DNA of 64,000 bases from Macrostomum lignano (Eukaryota), in the NCBI GenBank assembly GCA_002269645.1, contig NIVC01001415.1:32870-96869 (forward strand), in the 5' to 3' direction. This document shows, piece after piece, positions 22,295 to 33,600 of this stretch. The position numbers were made by a program, and so were the translations under genes. The notes beneath the pieces are model-generated. The model made no database searches. It worked only from the letters and a program-made list of their open reading frames with translations, and was not told the DNA's origin. The stretch's first letter is position 1. Every line of letters begins with the position of its first letter.

Positions 22295-22295
22295 C
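21640..22295. repeat. (CTGT)n microsatellite immediately after the CTNS stop
   Basis: Tetranucleotide run with CTTAGT and CCTT interruptions. Confidence 0.95.
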
Positions 22296-22959
22296 CTGCT
22301 TAGAGATAATTTGTGTTCTATTATCCAGCTCTTAGACGCAATAATGTCTCAAATGTACCTGCTTTTTCGTCTGCTGATTTTTTGCGCGCTTATTTATTCA
22401 TGCAAATATGACAGTCGAAAGTCCGCACCAAGTGTGCTTATATACTACTTTACCAAGTAGCCTCTGCTTGTCTGATTTGACTTGCTAGGATAAATCAACA
22501 GGGTTGAAATTTTGCGCAGACAAACCTGCTGCTCTTATGGCCTTTCGACTGTGTGCAGCATCTCAACTGTATGCCAATCTGGTCAGCAATCTCATGCTCA
22601 CTATCTAAATCGAATGCTATTACTGATGCTTATGATAAGTTGTATTGCTATCTGTACTTTTCAATCAATTGATGGATGGACTGTACTGCAGAACTAAAAT
22701 TTATTTTTGAGTCAGTATTTTTTGCGCGTTACTTGCGTTTCTTTTGATTAAAAATTAAGAAACAGAGCACTGTGCAATGTTTTGTAGCCACTTCGCAAAA
22801 TTTTGTCTGTCAGAATTCCTGATATTTTTAAATATATTTATACTACTGTAAGTAGATCTTATTGCTTTCTATTTTAGACTGCAACATCTGAAATCATTGC
22901 TAAATATTATTTGCATAAGATTTCTGTTATTTTGGGGGATTTGAGACCCTAAATTGAAT

Positions 22960-24028
22960 TTGGGATTTGAGATTCCCTCATCCGATTGGGGATTTGGGAT
23001 TCCCTCATCAAATTGGGGTTTTTGGGATTCCCTCATCCAATTGGGGATTTGGGATTCCCTCATCCGATTGGGGATTTGGGATTCCCTCATCCAATTGGGG
23101 ATTTGGGATTCCCTCATCCAATTGGGGTTTTTGGGATTCCTTCATCCAATTGGGAATTTTGGATTCCCTCATCCAATTGGGGATTTGGGATTCCCTCATC
23201 AAATTGGGGATTTGGGATTCCCTCATCAAATTGGGGATTTGGGATTCCCTCATCAAATTGGGGATTTGGGATTCCCTCATCCAATTGGGGATTTGGGATT
23301 CCTTCATCAAATTGGGGATTTGGGATTCCCTCATCAAATTGGGGATTTGGGATTCCCTCATCAAATTGGGGATTTGGGATTCCCTCATCCAATTGGGGAT
23401 TTGGGATTCCCTCATCAAATTGGGGATTTGGGATTCCCTCATCAAATTGGGGATTTGGGATTCCCTCATCCAATTGGGGATTTGGGATTCCCTCATCAAA
23501 TTGGGGATTTGGGATTCCCTCATCCAATTGGGGATTTGGGATTCCCTCATCAAATTGGGGTTTTTGGGATTCCCTCATCCAATTGGGGATTTGGGATTCC
23601 CTCATCCGATTGGGGATTTGGGATTCCTTCATCCAATTGGGGATTTGGGATTCCTTCATCCAATTGGGGATTTGGGATTCCTTCATCCGATTGGGGATTT
23701 GGGATTCCTTCATCCGATTGGGGATTTGGGATTCCTTCATCCAATTGGGGATTTGGGATTCCCTCATCAAATTGGGGATTTGGGATTCCCTCATCAAATT
23801 GGGGATTTGGGATTCCCTCATCAAATTGGGGATTTGGGATTCCCTCATCAAATTGGGGATTTGGGATTCCCTCATCAAATTGGGGATTTGGGATTCCCTC
23901 ATCAAATTGGGGATTTGGGATTCCCTCATCCAATTGGGGATTTGGGATTCCCTCATCAAATTGGGGATTTGGGATTCCCTCATCAAATTGGGGATTTGGG
24001 ATTCCCTCATCAAATTGGGGATTTGGGA
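22960..24028. repeat. 27-bp minisatellite (TGGGGATTTGGGATTCCCTCATCAAAT)
   Basis: About 39 units; explains the ~360-aa spurious ORFs on both strands. Confidence 0.95.
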
Positions 24029-24782
24029 GACCCACCGAATTGAGATAGTCGAGCTCGCGAGACACGCGAGTTAAAGCAAGATCCCGATTTTCTTTTTCCC
24101 TACTATTATCCCACTGGTGCCGAGTGACGCATGCATGCGGAGACATGGGATGTCACTGATTGCCGGTCCACTAGCGGATGTGGCACGCGAGTTGGCCTCA
24201 AGCTTTGTCGACTTGAAGATTTCTGTATGTAGCTCCCTGGAAAGGCACGAGGTAAAATGACTTTCTGGGAAAATAAATGTAAAAGGGTGGTGTTTTAAAA
24301 TTTTGACGTGATTGGGTAATTTTATCAACTTGAAATTTTTCGAACATGGTCAGCGCACCATGTCTCTTGTTAGGCGCCTCTCGGTGGGCGCCCCTGTCTC
24401 TTGATTGGTGCCACTGTATCTTCGTGGGCGCCCCTATTCCTGTCTTTTAGGCCGGTAGATGTCACGTCAAAAAGCTGGCAGAAGTCGAGCTTCTGTCATT
24501 CGTTTTTGGGGGAGCGCAATTTGCTTCGGCCCCCTCTGCGTTGATAGCAGTATTGATGCAAGAATTGATGAGTTCATTCGCGTACTTATCACTCGGTGAT
24601 CTCGGTTATATTTACGCTTTGTAAAGTTCTATCGCTACATGACTCGATTTCTACGCTCGCAGCTGTCTATGGTAAATCCCTCGGGCATCTGCAAAGTCCG
24701 CAAGCAAGTCGGGTCCCACACTGCAGGCTGTTTGCATTATCTGGCACGAATAGACTTTGCACTCGATTAGAACGCGCAGCCG

Positions 24783-27407
24783 ATGTCGGACCTCGAGTTC
24801 CCCAGGTGGGGCCACATCTCGGTCGGCTCCGAGGCCACCGAGTCCGCCGCTGCCTTGAAGCCTGCCGCGGGCGCCGCCGGGCCGCTCGAGCTGAGCTTTC
24901 ACACGTCGGACATGAGCACCCGCGGCAGCAGCACCAGCAGCAGCGGCAGGACTGTGGTTCAGCATCTCGTCACCGTCACCGACTCCGCCAGCTCCGGCGC
25001 CAGTTGCCCTAGCAACAATCTCCATAGCAACGCGGTTCGCCTCCCGGAGCCGGTCACTTCGTCGACGGACGAATCGACGATCGCCTTCCGCCTGCCGGTG
25101 ACGGACCTGCGCGATGTCGACGACTCGACTACGACGTCGACTTCCAATTATCAGGCCGCTGCTTTCGAGCCGCCTGTGCAGCCTTCGAGAGCCGCTCCGG
25201 TGGCGCAAGTCGGTCAGCCGTCGGATCGCACCGCGCCAGCCCTGGCCGTCGCCGGCCCCTGCCGAGTGGTCGCTGCACGGCGGTTGCCGAGTTTCACAAA
25301 AACTGGTCGAGTCGTGAGTTGCAGAAACAGACTTTGGGGGTATTTTCAGGGTGTCGCATGCGCTCTGTCTGCAGTAAGTGAAGCCTAGTGAGTAAACAAC
25401 TGACGCCCCAATACTGGCATCAAACAGAGAAACCGCCCACTCTGCTAAGCCCACTTCCATTTTGTGACTTGATTGACATTCCATTTGGTCTCTAAAAAGT
25501 CTAAAAAGGCCCGCTTTGAAGACAGCAAAACTGCAGGATAGTCTATAAAGCCATGCGGCTTCCAACGCAAACACCTTCAATGCCTTTTTGCAGCCGAAGA
25601 CCTCAGCCAGCAGTCGGCTTCGTCGCCCAGTCACTCGTCGCTGCAGCCGCGCGCCCAGCCCGTGCACTCCGTCCGTTTCGCCTTGGACAACATCGGCAGC
25701 CGCGCCGGCGGCGGCAGCAGCGGCGTCTTCCATCGGCCTCGGGGCGACTGCGGCAGGGCCGAGCTGCGCCGTCTGGCGCCACGATTCCCGATCTGGAGCG
25801 AGGCCGGCGTCACCGACACAAACGTTGCCAACGCGTCGAAAGTTGCAACACCTCCGCCGCCGATGCCGAAAGCGGCCGCGCCCGCAGCCGCCGCTCCAGT
25901 CGCCTCCGCCAAGAAGGTTGACAAAGACAGGTCAACGGGCTCGCAGTCCTGCTGCAGCGACTGCTCGCCGCTTCGCGTCCTCGGCCTGATGGTCTATTAC
26001 CTTACCATATGGGCCGTGAGCGCCGGCTTCACCTGGCTGCTGCTGGAGGCCTCCTTGATGCTCACCAGCCGGGGCAGCTTCCCCTATTACATGTCGCCGC
26101 ACTCGTTCTGCCTCTCCAGCCCCAGCATCGGATTTCCGGGTGGCAACCCGGAGCCCGGCAAGGTCACCGAGTTCGAAAACCTGGCCAGTCTCAGCCAGAC
26201 TCTGCGCCAGAAATTGATAAGCAATTTTTTACAGCCTGAAGCACCGAAGATGAGGCAGTGCGATGCTGGGAGCGAGGAGACTGTGGACTCAGACCTGCTC
26301 ATGCAGCCCTGCAATCTGACGCTGTTTGCTCATGCTGCCATCAGCCAGGTTGAGACCCTGCTCAAGGACAGACCAGCTGTGTTCGTAAAGGTTAGAATCT
26401 TGATTAGACTACGGGAGCTTTCTTCCTATGAGCAGCCGCGGTTCTCTCAATAACAGCCTTTCTCCACTCCTTAAGCAACATCTCTTTACTAAGCAGCCTC
26501 TTCACTCCCTGAGCAGCCTCTTCACTCCCTGAGCAGCCTCTTCACTCCCTGAGCAGCCTCTTCACTCCCTGAGCAGCCTCTTCACTCCCTGAGCAGCCTC
26601 TTCACTCCCTGAGCAGCCTCTTCACTCCCTGAGCAGCCTCTTCACTCCCTGAGCAGCCTCTTCACTCCCTAAGCAGCCTCTTCACTCCCTGAGCAGCCTC
26701 TTCACTCCCTGAGCAGCCTCTTCACTCCCTGAGCAGCCTCTTCACTCCCTGAGCAGCCTCTTCACTCCCTAAGCAGCCTCTTCACTCCCTGAGCAGCCTC
26801 TTCACTCACTGAGCAGCCTCTTCACTCCCTGAGCAGCCTCTTCACTCCCTAAGCAGCCTCTTCACTCCCTGAGCAGCCTCTTCACTCACTGAGCAGCCTC
26901 TTCACTCCCTAAGCAGCCTCTTCACTCACTGAGCAGCCTCTTCACTCCCTAAGCAGCCTCTTCACTCCCTAAGCAGCCTCTTCACTCCCTGAGCAGCCTC
27001 TTCACTCCCTGAGCAGCCTCTTCACTCCCTGAGCAGCCTCTTCACTCCCTGAGCAGCCTCTTTCTCCCCGCTGCAACTGGCAGATCAAGCGCCACCTGGG
27101 CTACCTGCCGGCCACCGGTGCTCACGTGACCATCACCTGCAAGGCCAGCACTTCAGCCGGCAGTGTCTCGCTGCGCTACTACAGCTGGAATGACAGCAAG
27201 TTGGTGGAGTCCGAGTCGTTTGGCAGCGTGCCAACTCTGTACTTCCCCATGCTGAGCCGGTGGCACAACGCGCCCGCCGTGCTGGTGTCGCTGGCCAAGG
27301 CCGACAGCTCCGTGTGGAGCGGCAAGGAGCTGAAGATCAACTGCCAGGCCTCTGACGGCGGGAACTCGAAGCCGCCTGAACGGGAGGTCATCCTGAAGAT
27401 CGGGTAG
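24783..27407 (+). CDS. Divergent Na+/K+-ATPase beta-subunit-like type II membrane protein, ~547 aa
   Basis: Exons 24783-25305 (first exon and its donor less certain), 25594-26390, 27084-27407, in frame. Single TM VLGLMVYYLTIWAVSAGFTWLLL followed by PYY..SPSIGFP (cf. beta-subunit PKY..PGLGFRP), PAVFVKIKRHLGYLP (cf. PCVFLKLNRIIGWxP), ITC, GSVPTLYFPM (cf. GFPxxYYPY), LKINCQA. Confidence 0.72.
26497..27060. repeat. 20-bp minisatellite (GAGCAGCCTCTTCACTCCCT) in beta-subunit-like intron 2
   Basis: About 28 near-identical units. Confidence 0.95.
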
Positions 27408-27689
27408 CTGCCTGCATTCATTTTTTTAAATTGCCTCCAAAAATCCCGGAGACTTGGTGACTGTTACATCATAACGCAAACTTTTCCGTTTCTAAACAGT
27501 AAAGTCAGAAAAAAAGTTTTAAAAAATTCTTTGCTGTGTTTTACTTTTTTGGATGAAGAACTATTTTTTTAACGTCTAGGGTCGAGTTTCTAAGTTACCA
27601 ATTCGAATACATTCTTGGAAGTTCGGAGACGTGCATGCAAACAAATAATGGAATATGAGCATAACAAATGCCTTTTGCTAAACTGGGTC

Positions 27690-27800
27690 TGCTACAGGAC
27701 CAGAGGCCCCAGTCTCACAGCTACAGGACCAGAGGCCCCTGCAGTCTCACAGCTACAGGACCAGAGGCCCCAGTCTCACAGCTACAGGACCAGAGGCCCC
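27690..27800. repeat. ~29-bp tandem duplication overlapping the glycosyltransferase stop codon
   Basis: Four copies of GCTACAGGACCAGAGGCCCC. Confidence 0.85.
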
Positions 27801-29768
27801 AGCCTCATTCGCACTCGCAGCTGCATATTCGGGTCAATGTAGTTCTCGCTCAGCTGCCTGGACAAAGTGTTGTGCTCGCAGATCCACTCGCCGTGCCCCT
27901 TACGGTAGAGCAGCCGTTTCCTGTACAAGGAGGCCATCCGGTAGAAGGTCAGGCCCTGGAAGCAGGTGACCACCTTCACCGGGGCGCTGACCCCGCTGTG
28001 CAGCACCGCCTCGCTCCGCGCCTGATCGGTGTCCAGCCGCAGGTCGCCGCCTTCCTTGACGTGACCGGTAACGTCGGCCGGCGGCAGACGCAGCGTGCAG
28101 GGGTCGTAGATGGTGCGCCGGCCCCAGTGGTAATAGAAGCTGCTGGCGCACAGCGAGTCCAGCCGCGGCCTAGCATGGAAGAAGTACAGGCCCTGCAGGA
28201 TGGAGGCCAGGTCCCAGTCGGCCCAGTGCAGATCCGGGTCCAAGGCCAGCAGCAGCGAGTGGTTGGCAGCCAGGCGGCTGTACGCGAAGGCCAGCAGCTG
28301 GTTGCGGAGCGCCGACATCAGCTGAACGCGCTCGAGTTCCTCCAGGAGGCTTCGCTTCAGCCTGGGGCCGGGTTGGTGCCGTTTGCCAGTAGAGTAGGAT
28401 GCGTTCAGGCGGCAAGGCTCCGGCGAGTTGATGCGCCCGCAGCCGAGGAGGGTGGCGGAGACCCGGCTGGTGCTGGAGGAGCCGAGGTCGCTGGTCAGCT
28501 GATGCAGGCGCTGCCGGGTTTCGTCACTGGAGTCGTTCTCGAGGAAGACCAGGCTGCACCGGGCAAACTTGCCGCACAGGCGGAGCAAGTTCGAGATGGT
28601 TGTGTCCAGGCCTGCGGGATGGCGGAGTTTGCAATGTATTTGCACAACCTCACCATGCCCAAACATTTCTCAATCCTCACAGCAGGTGCTAAACCCTCCT
28701 AAACAGTTGCTCAACCCTCCTAAACGTGTGCTCAACCCTCCTAAACAGTTGCTCAACCCTCCTAAACGTGTGCTCAACCCTCCTAAACGTGTGCTCAACC
28801 CTCCTAAACAGTTGCTCAACCCTCCTAAACAGTTGCTCAACCCTCCTAAAAATTTGCTCAACCCTCCTAAACAGTTGCTCAACCCTCCAAAACAGTTGCT
28901 CAACCCTCCTAAACAGTTGCTCAACCCTCCTAAAAATTTGCTCAACCCTCCTAAACAGTTGCTCAACCCTCCAAAACAGTTGCTCAACCCTCCTAAACAG
29001 TTGCTCAACCCTCCTAAAAATTTGCTCAACCCTCCTAAACAGTTGCTCAACCCTCCAAAACAGTTGCTCAACCCTCCTAAACAGTTGCTCAACCCTCCTA
29101 AACAGTTGCTCAACCCCACTAAACGGGTGCCCAACCCTACTAAACGGGTGCTCAATCCTACTAAACGTGTGCTCAACCCTATTAAACGTGTGCTCAACCC
29201 TATTAAACGTGTGCTCAACCCTATTAACGTGTGCTCAACCCTATTAAACGTGTGCTCAACCCTATTAAACGTGTGCTCAACCCTATTAAACGTGTGCTCA
29301 ACCCTCACAGCAGCCGCCTCCTTCACCTGGCATGGCGTTGCGAGCTGTAGCCACAACCGCCAGCGACTGGGTGCTCAGCCAGCGCTCAGCCTGCGCCACC
29401 CGATACTCTGCAGACTCCTCAGCCGCAGACAGCCGCATCAGCGGTAGTTTGGTGCCCAGCTGGTCCATCCAGTGCAAGGCCGAGTCCATATGCCGCTCGG
29501 CCAGCCTGTAGAAGTGCTCGAAATTGTTGAAGTTCCTGGCCAGCTGCTCGTCCGAGTCGCCGACGCCGTCCCCAGCTGTCAGCGGCAGCGAGCGGACCTT
29601 GGCGCGCAGGAAGTCGGCGGCTTTTTCGTCGGTCACCTCCGTTTCACCGGCGGATGGCAGAAACCTGCCGCCGGCTCCGAAGAGCACCGAAACGCAGAGC
29701 AGCGACAGCAGGCCGGACAGCAGAGGTGCCCGTCGCAGCTTTCGATAAAAGCAGCTTGAGCTGACCAT
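27782..29768 (-). CDS. Type II membrane GT-A glycosyltransferase, CAP59/GT69-like, 2 exons, ~423 aa
   Basis: Exons 29768-29327 and 28611-27782, phase 1, GT-AG; an alternative same-phase donor lies at 29308. N-terminal signal-anchor LLSGLLSLLCVSVLFG. Motifs VVATARN..LDTTISNL, VFLENDSSDETRQRL, LRNQLL, LDPDL (DxD), IYDPCTLR, PVKVVTCFQGLTFYR, CEH, YIDPNM. Confidence 0.8.
28690..29300. repeat. 21-bp minisatellite (CTCAACCCTCCTAAACAGTTG) in glycosyltransferase intron
   Basis: About 29 units grading into the CTCAACCCTATTAAACGTGTG variant. Confidence 0.93.
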
Positions 29769-30693
29769 CTCCGTGTGCGCAACTGGCGATAGTTGGAAAA
29801 TATTCAGGCTGTGGAGCTGAAGGCACAGCAGAAAACCGGAGCACGGAGCTGTGTGAGAATGCGCGGCCCTTGTACGGTTTGCCTCTTCTCAGTTTTCACC
29901 TGCTCCCTGCCCCATTCCAGCCAAATCCCTAACCCAACTCCCCCGCGGTTTCACCTGTACCTGGCGCACCGTCTGGAGCCAGCTCCTCTCAGGAGCTGTA
30001 CAAGCTTAATAAGCAAGTGAGGGAAGAGAAGGAGAGAACCGCTCCTGCAAAGAGAAACTGCAGGAGCGATCCTTATGCCCAGCGCACGGTGTATTTGCAC
30101 TGTACGGCTGGTTGGATGGAATGAAGCAATGGTTGGAAAGAAAATATAGCCACCTGCTCCCTCTCTCAACCCTCTCTCGACCCTCCTGTTGGGGTTAGTA
30201 AAGTTGAGTCGTTTTTTATAGCCGCGGAGAGCCAACAGAGTAACACGCTTCTGAGTGCATTGAACGCCTTAACTGTGCTACTTTTTAGCTACAATCAGAG
30301 GCCTTCGCGACTACATGTGTGACAAGTGACAAATAAATCGTGATCTCTGTTGCTATGAAGTTTGACGAGTCACAAGCATTGACAAGTTAGCTGTAGAATC
30401 ACACCTTGTACTAAACCTTTGCGAACTTTCACCATGTGTAGTAAATCTCATTAGAGAAAATTCTGCGATAAATATATAGTAATTTGAACTCCCGCGCAAA
30501 CTATTTCTAGAACATCCTTTCTTCCGGAATGTTCCGTGGAAAAACTGTAAATATAAAGCACTCTCAATCGCACGGTTGCTGCCTATACCGCCCTCTTGCA
30601 AACTACCTTGTTTTCAATTTTATTAAACCAATGATACTAAAGAACCACCACCTTTAAGCTTCATTTATTTAGTACCGCTACATCGTAGCAAGT

Positions 30694-33600
30694 GACAAGT
30701 GCCTACGCCTGGTAACTGGTCTCTAGTGTCGTTTCAAACGGTTTGTTGCACAAGTCTAGTGATTTTGACAAGTGCCTAGTAACTGGTCTCTAGTGCCGTT
30801 TCAAACGGTTTGTTGCACAAGTCTAGTGATTTTGACAAGTGCCTAGTAACTGGTCTCTAGTGCCGTTTCAAACGGTTTGTTGCACAAGTCTAGTGATTTT
30901 GACAAGTGCTAAGTAACTGGTCTCTAGTGCCGTTTCAAACGGTTTGTTGCACAAGTCTAGTGATTTTGACAAGTGCCTAGTAACTGGTCTCTAGTGCCGT
31001 TTCAAACGGTTTGTTGCACAAGTCTAGTGATTTTGACAAGTGCCTAGTAACTGGTCTCTAGTGCCGTTTCAAACGGTTTGTTGCACAAGTCTAGTGATTT
31101 TGACAAGTGCCTAGTAACTGGTCTCTAGTGCCGTTTCAAACGGTTTGTTGCACAAGTCTAGTGATTTTGACAAGTGCCTAGTAACTGGTCTCTAGTGCCG
31201 TTTCAAACGGTTTGTTGCACAAGTCTAGTGATTTTGACAAGTGCCTAGTAACTGGTCTCTAGTGCCGTTTCAAACGGTTTGTTGCACAAGTCTAGTGATT
31301 TTGACAAGTGCCTAGTAACTGGTCTCTAGTGCCGTTTCAAACGGTTTGTTGCACAAGTCTAGTGATTTTGACAAGTGCCTAGTAACTGGTCTCTAGTGCC
31401 GTTTCAAACGGTTTGTTGCACAAGTCTAGTGATTTTGACAAGTGCTAAGTAACTGGTCTCTAGTGCCGTTTCAAACGGTTTGTTGCACAAGTCTAGTGAT
31501 TTTGACAAGTGCCTAGTAACTGGTCTCTAGTGCCGTTTCAAACGGTTTGTTGCACAAGTCTAGTGATTTTGACAAGTGCCTAGTAACTGGTCTCTAGTGC
31601 CGTTTCAAACGGTTTGTTGCACAAGTCTAGTGATTTTGACAAGTGCCTAGTAACTGGTCTCTAGTGCCGTTTCAAACGGTTTGTTGCACAAGTCTAGTGA
31701 TTTTGACAAGTGCCTAGTAACTGGTCTCTAGTGCCGTTTCAAACGGTTTGTTGCACAAGTCTAGTGATTTTGACAAGTGCCTAGTAACTGGTCTCTAGTG
31801 CCGTTTCAAACGGTTTGTTGCACAAGTCTAGTGATTTTGACAAGTGCCTAGTAACTGGTCTCTAGTGCCGTTTCAAACGGTTTGTTGCACAAGTCTAGTG
31901 ATTTTGACAAGTGCCTAGTAACTGGTCTCTAGTGCCGTTTCAAACGGTTTGTTGCACAAGTCTAGTGATTTTGACAAGTGCCTAGTAACTGGTCTCTAGT
32001 GCCGTTTCAAACGGTTTGTTGCACAAGTCTAGTGATTTTGACAAGTGCTAAGTAACTGGTCTCTAGTGCCGTTTCAAACGGTTTGTTGCACAAGTCTAGT
32101 GATTTTGACAAGTGCTAAGTAACTGGTCTCTAGTGCCGTTTCAAACGGTTTGTTGCACAAGTCTAGTGATTTTGACAAGTGCTAAGTAACTGGTCTCTAG
32201 TGCCGTTTCAAACGGTTTGTTGCACAAGTCTAGTGATTTTGACAAGTGCCTAGTAACTGGTCTCTAGTGCCGTTTCAAACGGTTTGTTGCACAAGTCTAG
32301 TGATTTTGACAAGTGCCTAGTAACTGGTCTCTAGTGCCGTTTCAAACGGTTTGTTGCACAAGTCTAGTGATTTTGACAAGTGCCTAGTAACTGGTCTCTA
32401 GTGCCGTTTCAAACGGTTTGTTGCACAAGTCTAGTGATTTTGACAAGTGCCTAGTAACTGGTCTCTAGTGCCGTTTCAAACGGTTTGTTGCACAAGTCTA
32501 GTGATTTTGACAAGTGCCTAGTAACTGGTCTCTAGTGCCGTTTCAAACGGTTTGTTGCACAAGTCTAGTGATTTTGACAAGTGCCTAGTAACTGGTCTCT
32601 AGTGCCGTTTCAAACGGTTTGTTGCACAAGTCTAGTGATTTTGACAAGTGCTAAGTAACTGGTCTCTAGTGCCGTTTCAAACGGTTTGTTGCACAAGTCT
32701 AGTGATTTTGACAAGTGCCTAGTAACTGGTCTCTAGTGCCGTTTCAAACGGTTTGTTGCACAAGTCTAGTGATTTTGACAAGTGCCTAGTAACTGGTCTC
32801 TAGTGCCGTTTCAAACGGTTTGTTGCACAAGTCTAGTGATTTTGACAAGTGCTAAGTAACTGGTCTCTAGTGCCGTTTCAAACGGTTTGTTGCACAAGTC
32901 TAGTGATTTTGACAAGTGCCTAGTAACTGGTCTCTAGTGCCGTTTCAAACGGTTTGTTGCACAAGTCTAGTGATTTTGACAAGTGCCTAGTAACTGGTCT
33001 CTAGTGCCGTTTCAAACGGTTTGTTGCACAAGTCTAGTGATTTTGACAAGTGCTAAGTAACTGGTCTCTAGTGCCGTTTCAAACGGTTTGTTGCACAAGT
33101 CTAGTGATTTTGACAAGTGCCTAGTAACTGGTCTCTAGTGCCGTTTCAAACGGTTTGTTGCACAAGTCTAGTGATTTTGACAAGTGCCTAGTAACTGGTC
33201 TCTAGTGCCGTTTCAAACGGTTTGTTGCACAAGTCTAGTGATTTTGACAAGTGCCTAGTAACTGGTCTCTAGTGCCGTTTCAAACGGTTTGTTGCACAAG
33301 TCTAGTGATTTTGACAAGTGCCTAGTAACTGGTCTCTAGTGCCGTTTCAAACGGTTTGTTGCACAAGTCTAGTGATTTTGACAAGTGCCTAGTAACTGGT
33401 CTCTAGTGCCGTTTCAAACGGTTTGTTGCACAAGTCTAGTGATTTTGACAAGTGCCTAGTAACTGGTCTCTAGTGCCGTTTCAAACGGTTTGTTGCACAA
33501 GTCTAGTGATTTTGACAAGTGCCTAGTAACTGGTCTCTAGTGCCGTTTCAAACGGTTTGTTGCACAAGTCTAGTGATTTTGACAAGTGCCTAGTAACTGG

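Noticed and set aside
22954-24146. Six long ORFs of 180-364 aa on both strands
   Set aside because: A by-product of a stop-free 27-bp (multiple of 3) tandem repeat; no splice or codon evidence.
1116-29768. Functional secretory-pathway gene cluster (GBF1, CTNS, Golgi GT)
   Set aside because: The shared compartment theme is easily coincidental; no shared regulatory evidence and synteny cannot be tested here.
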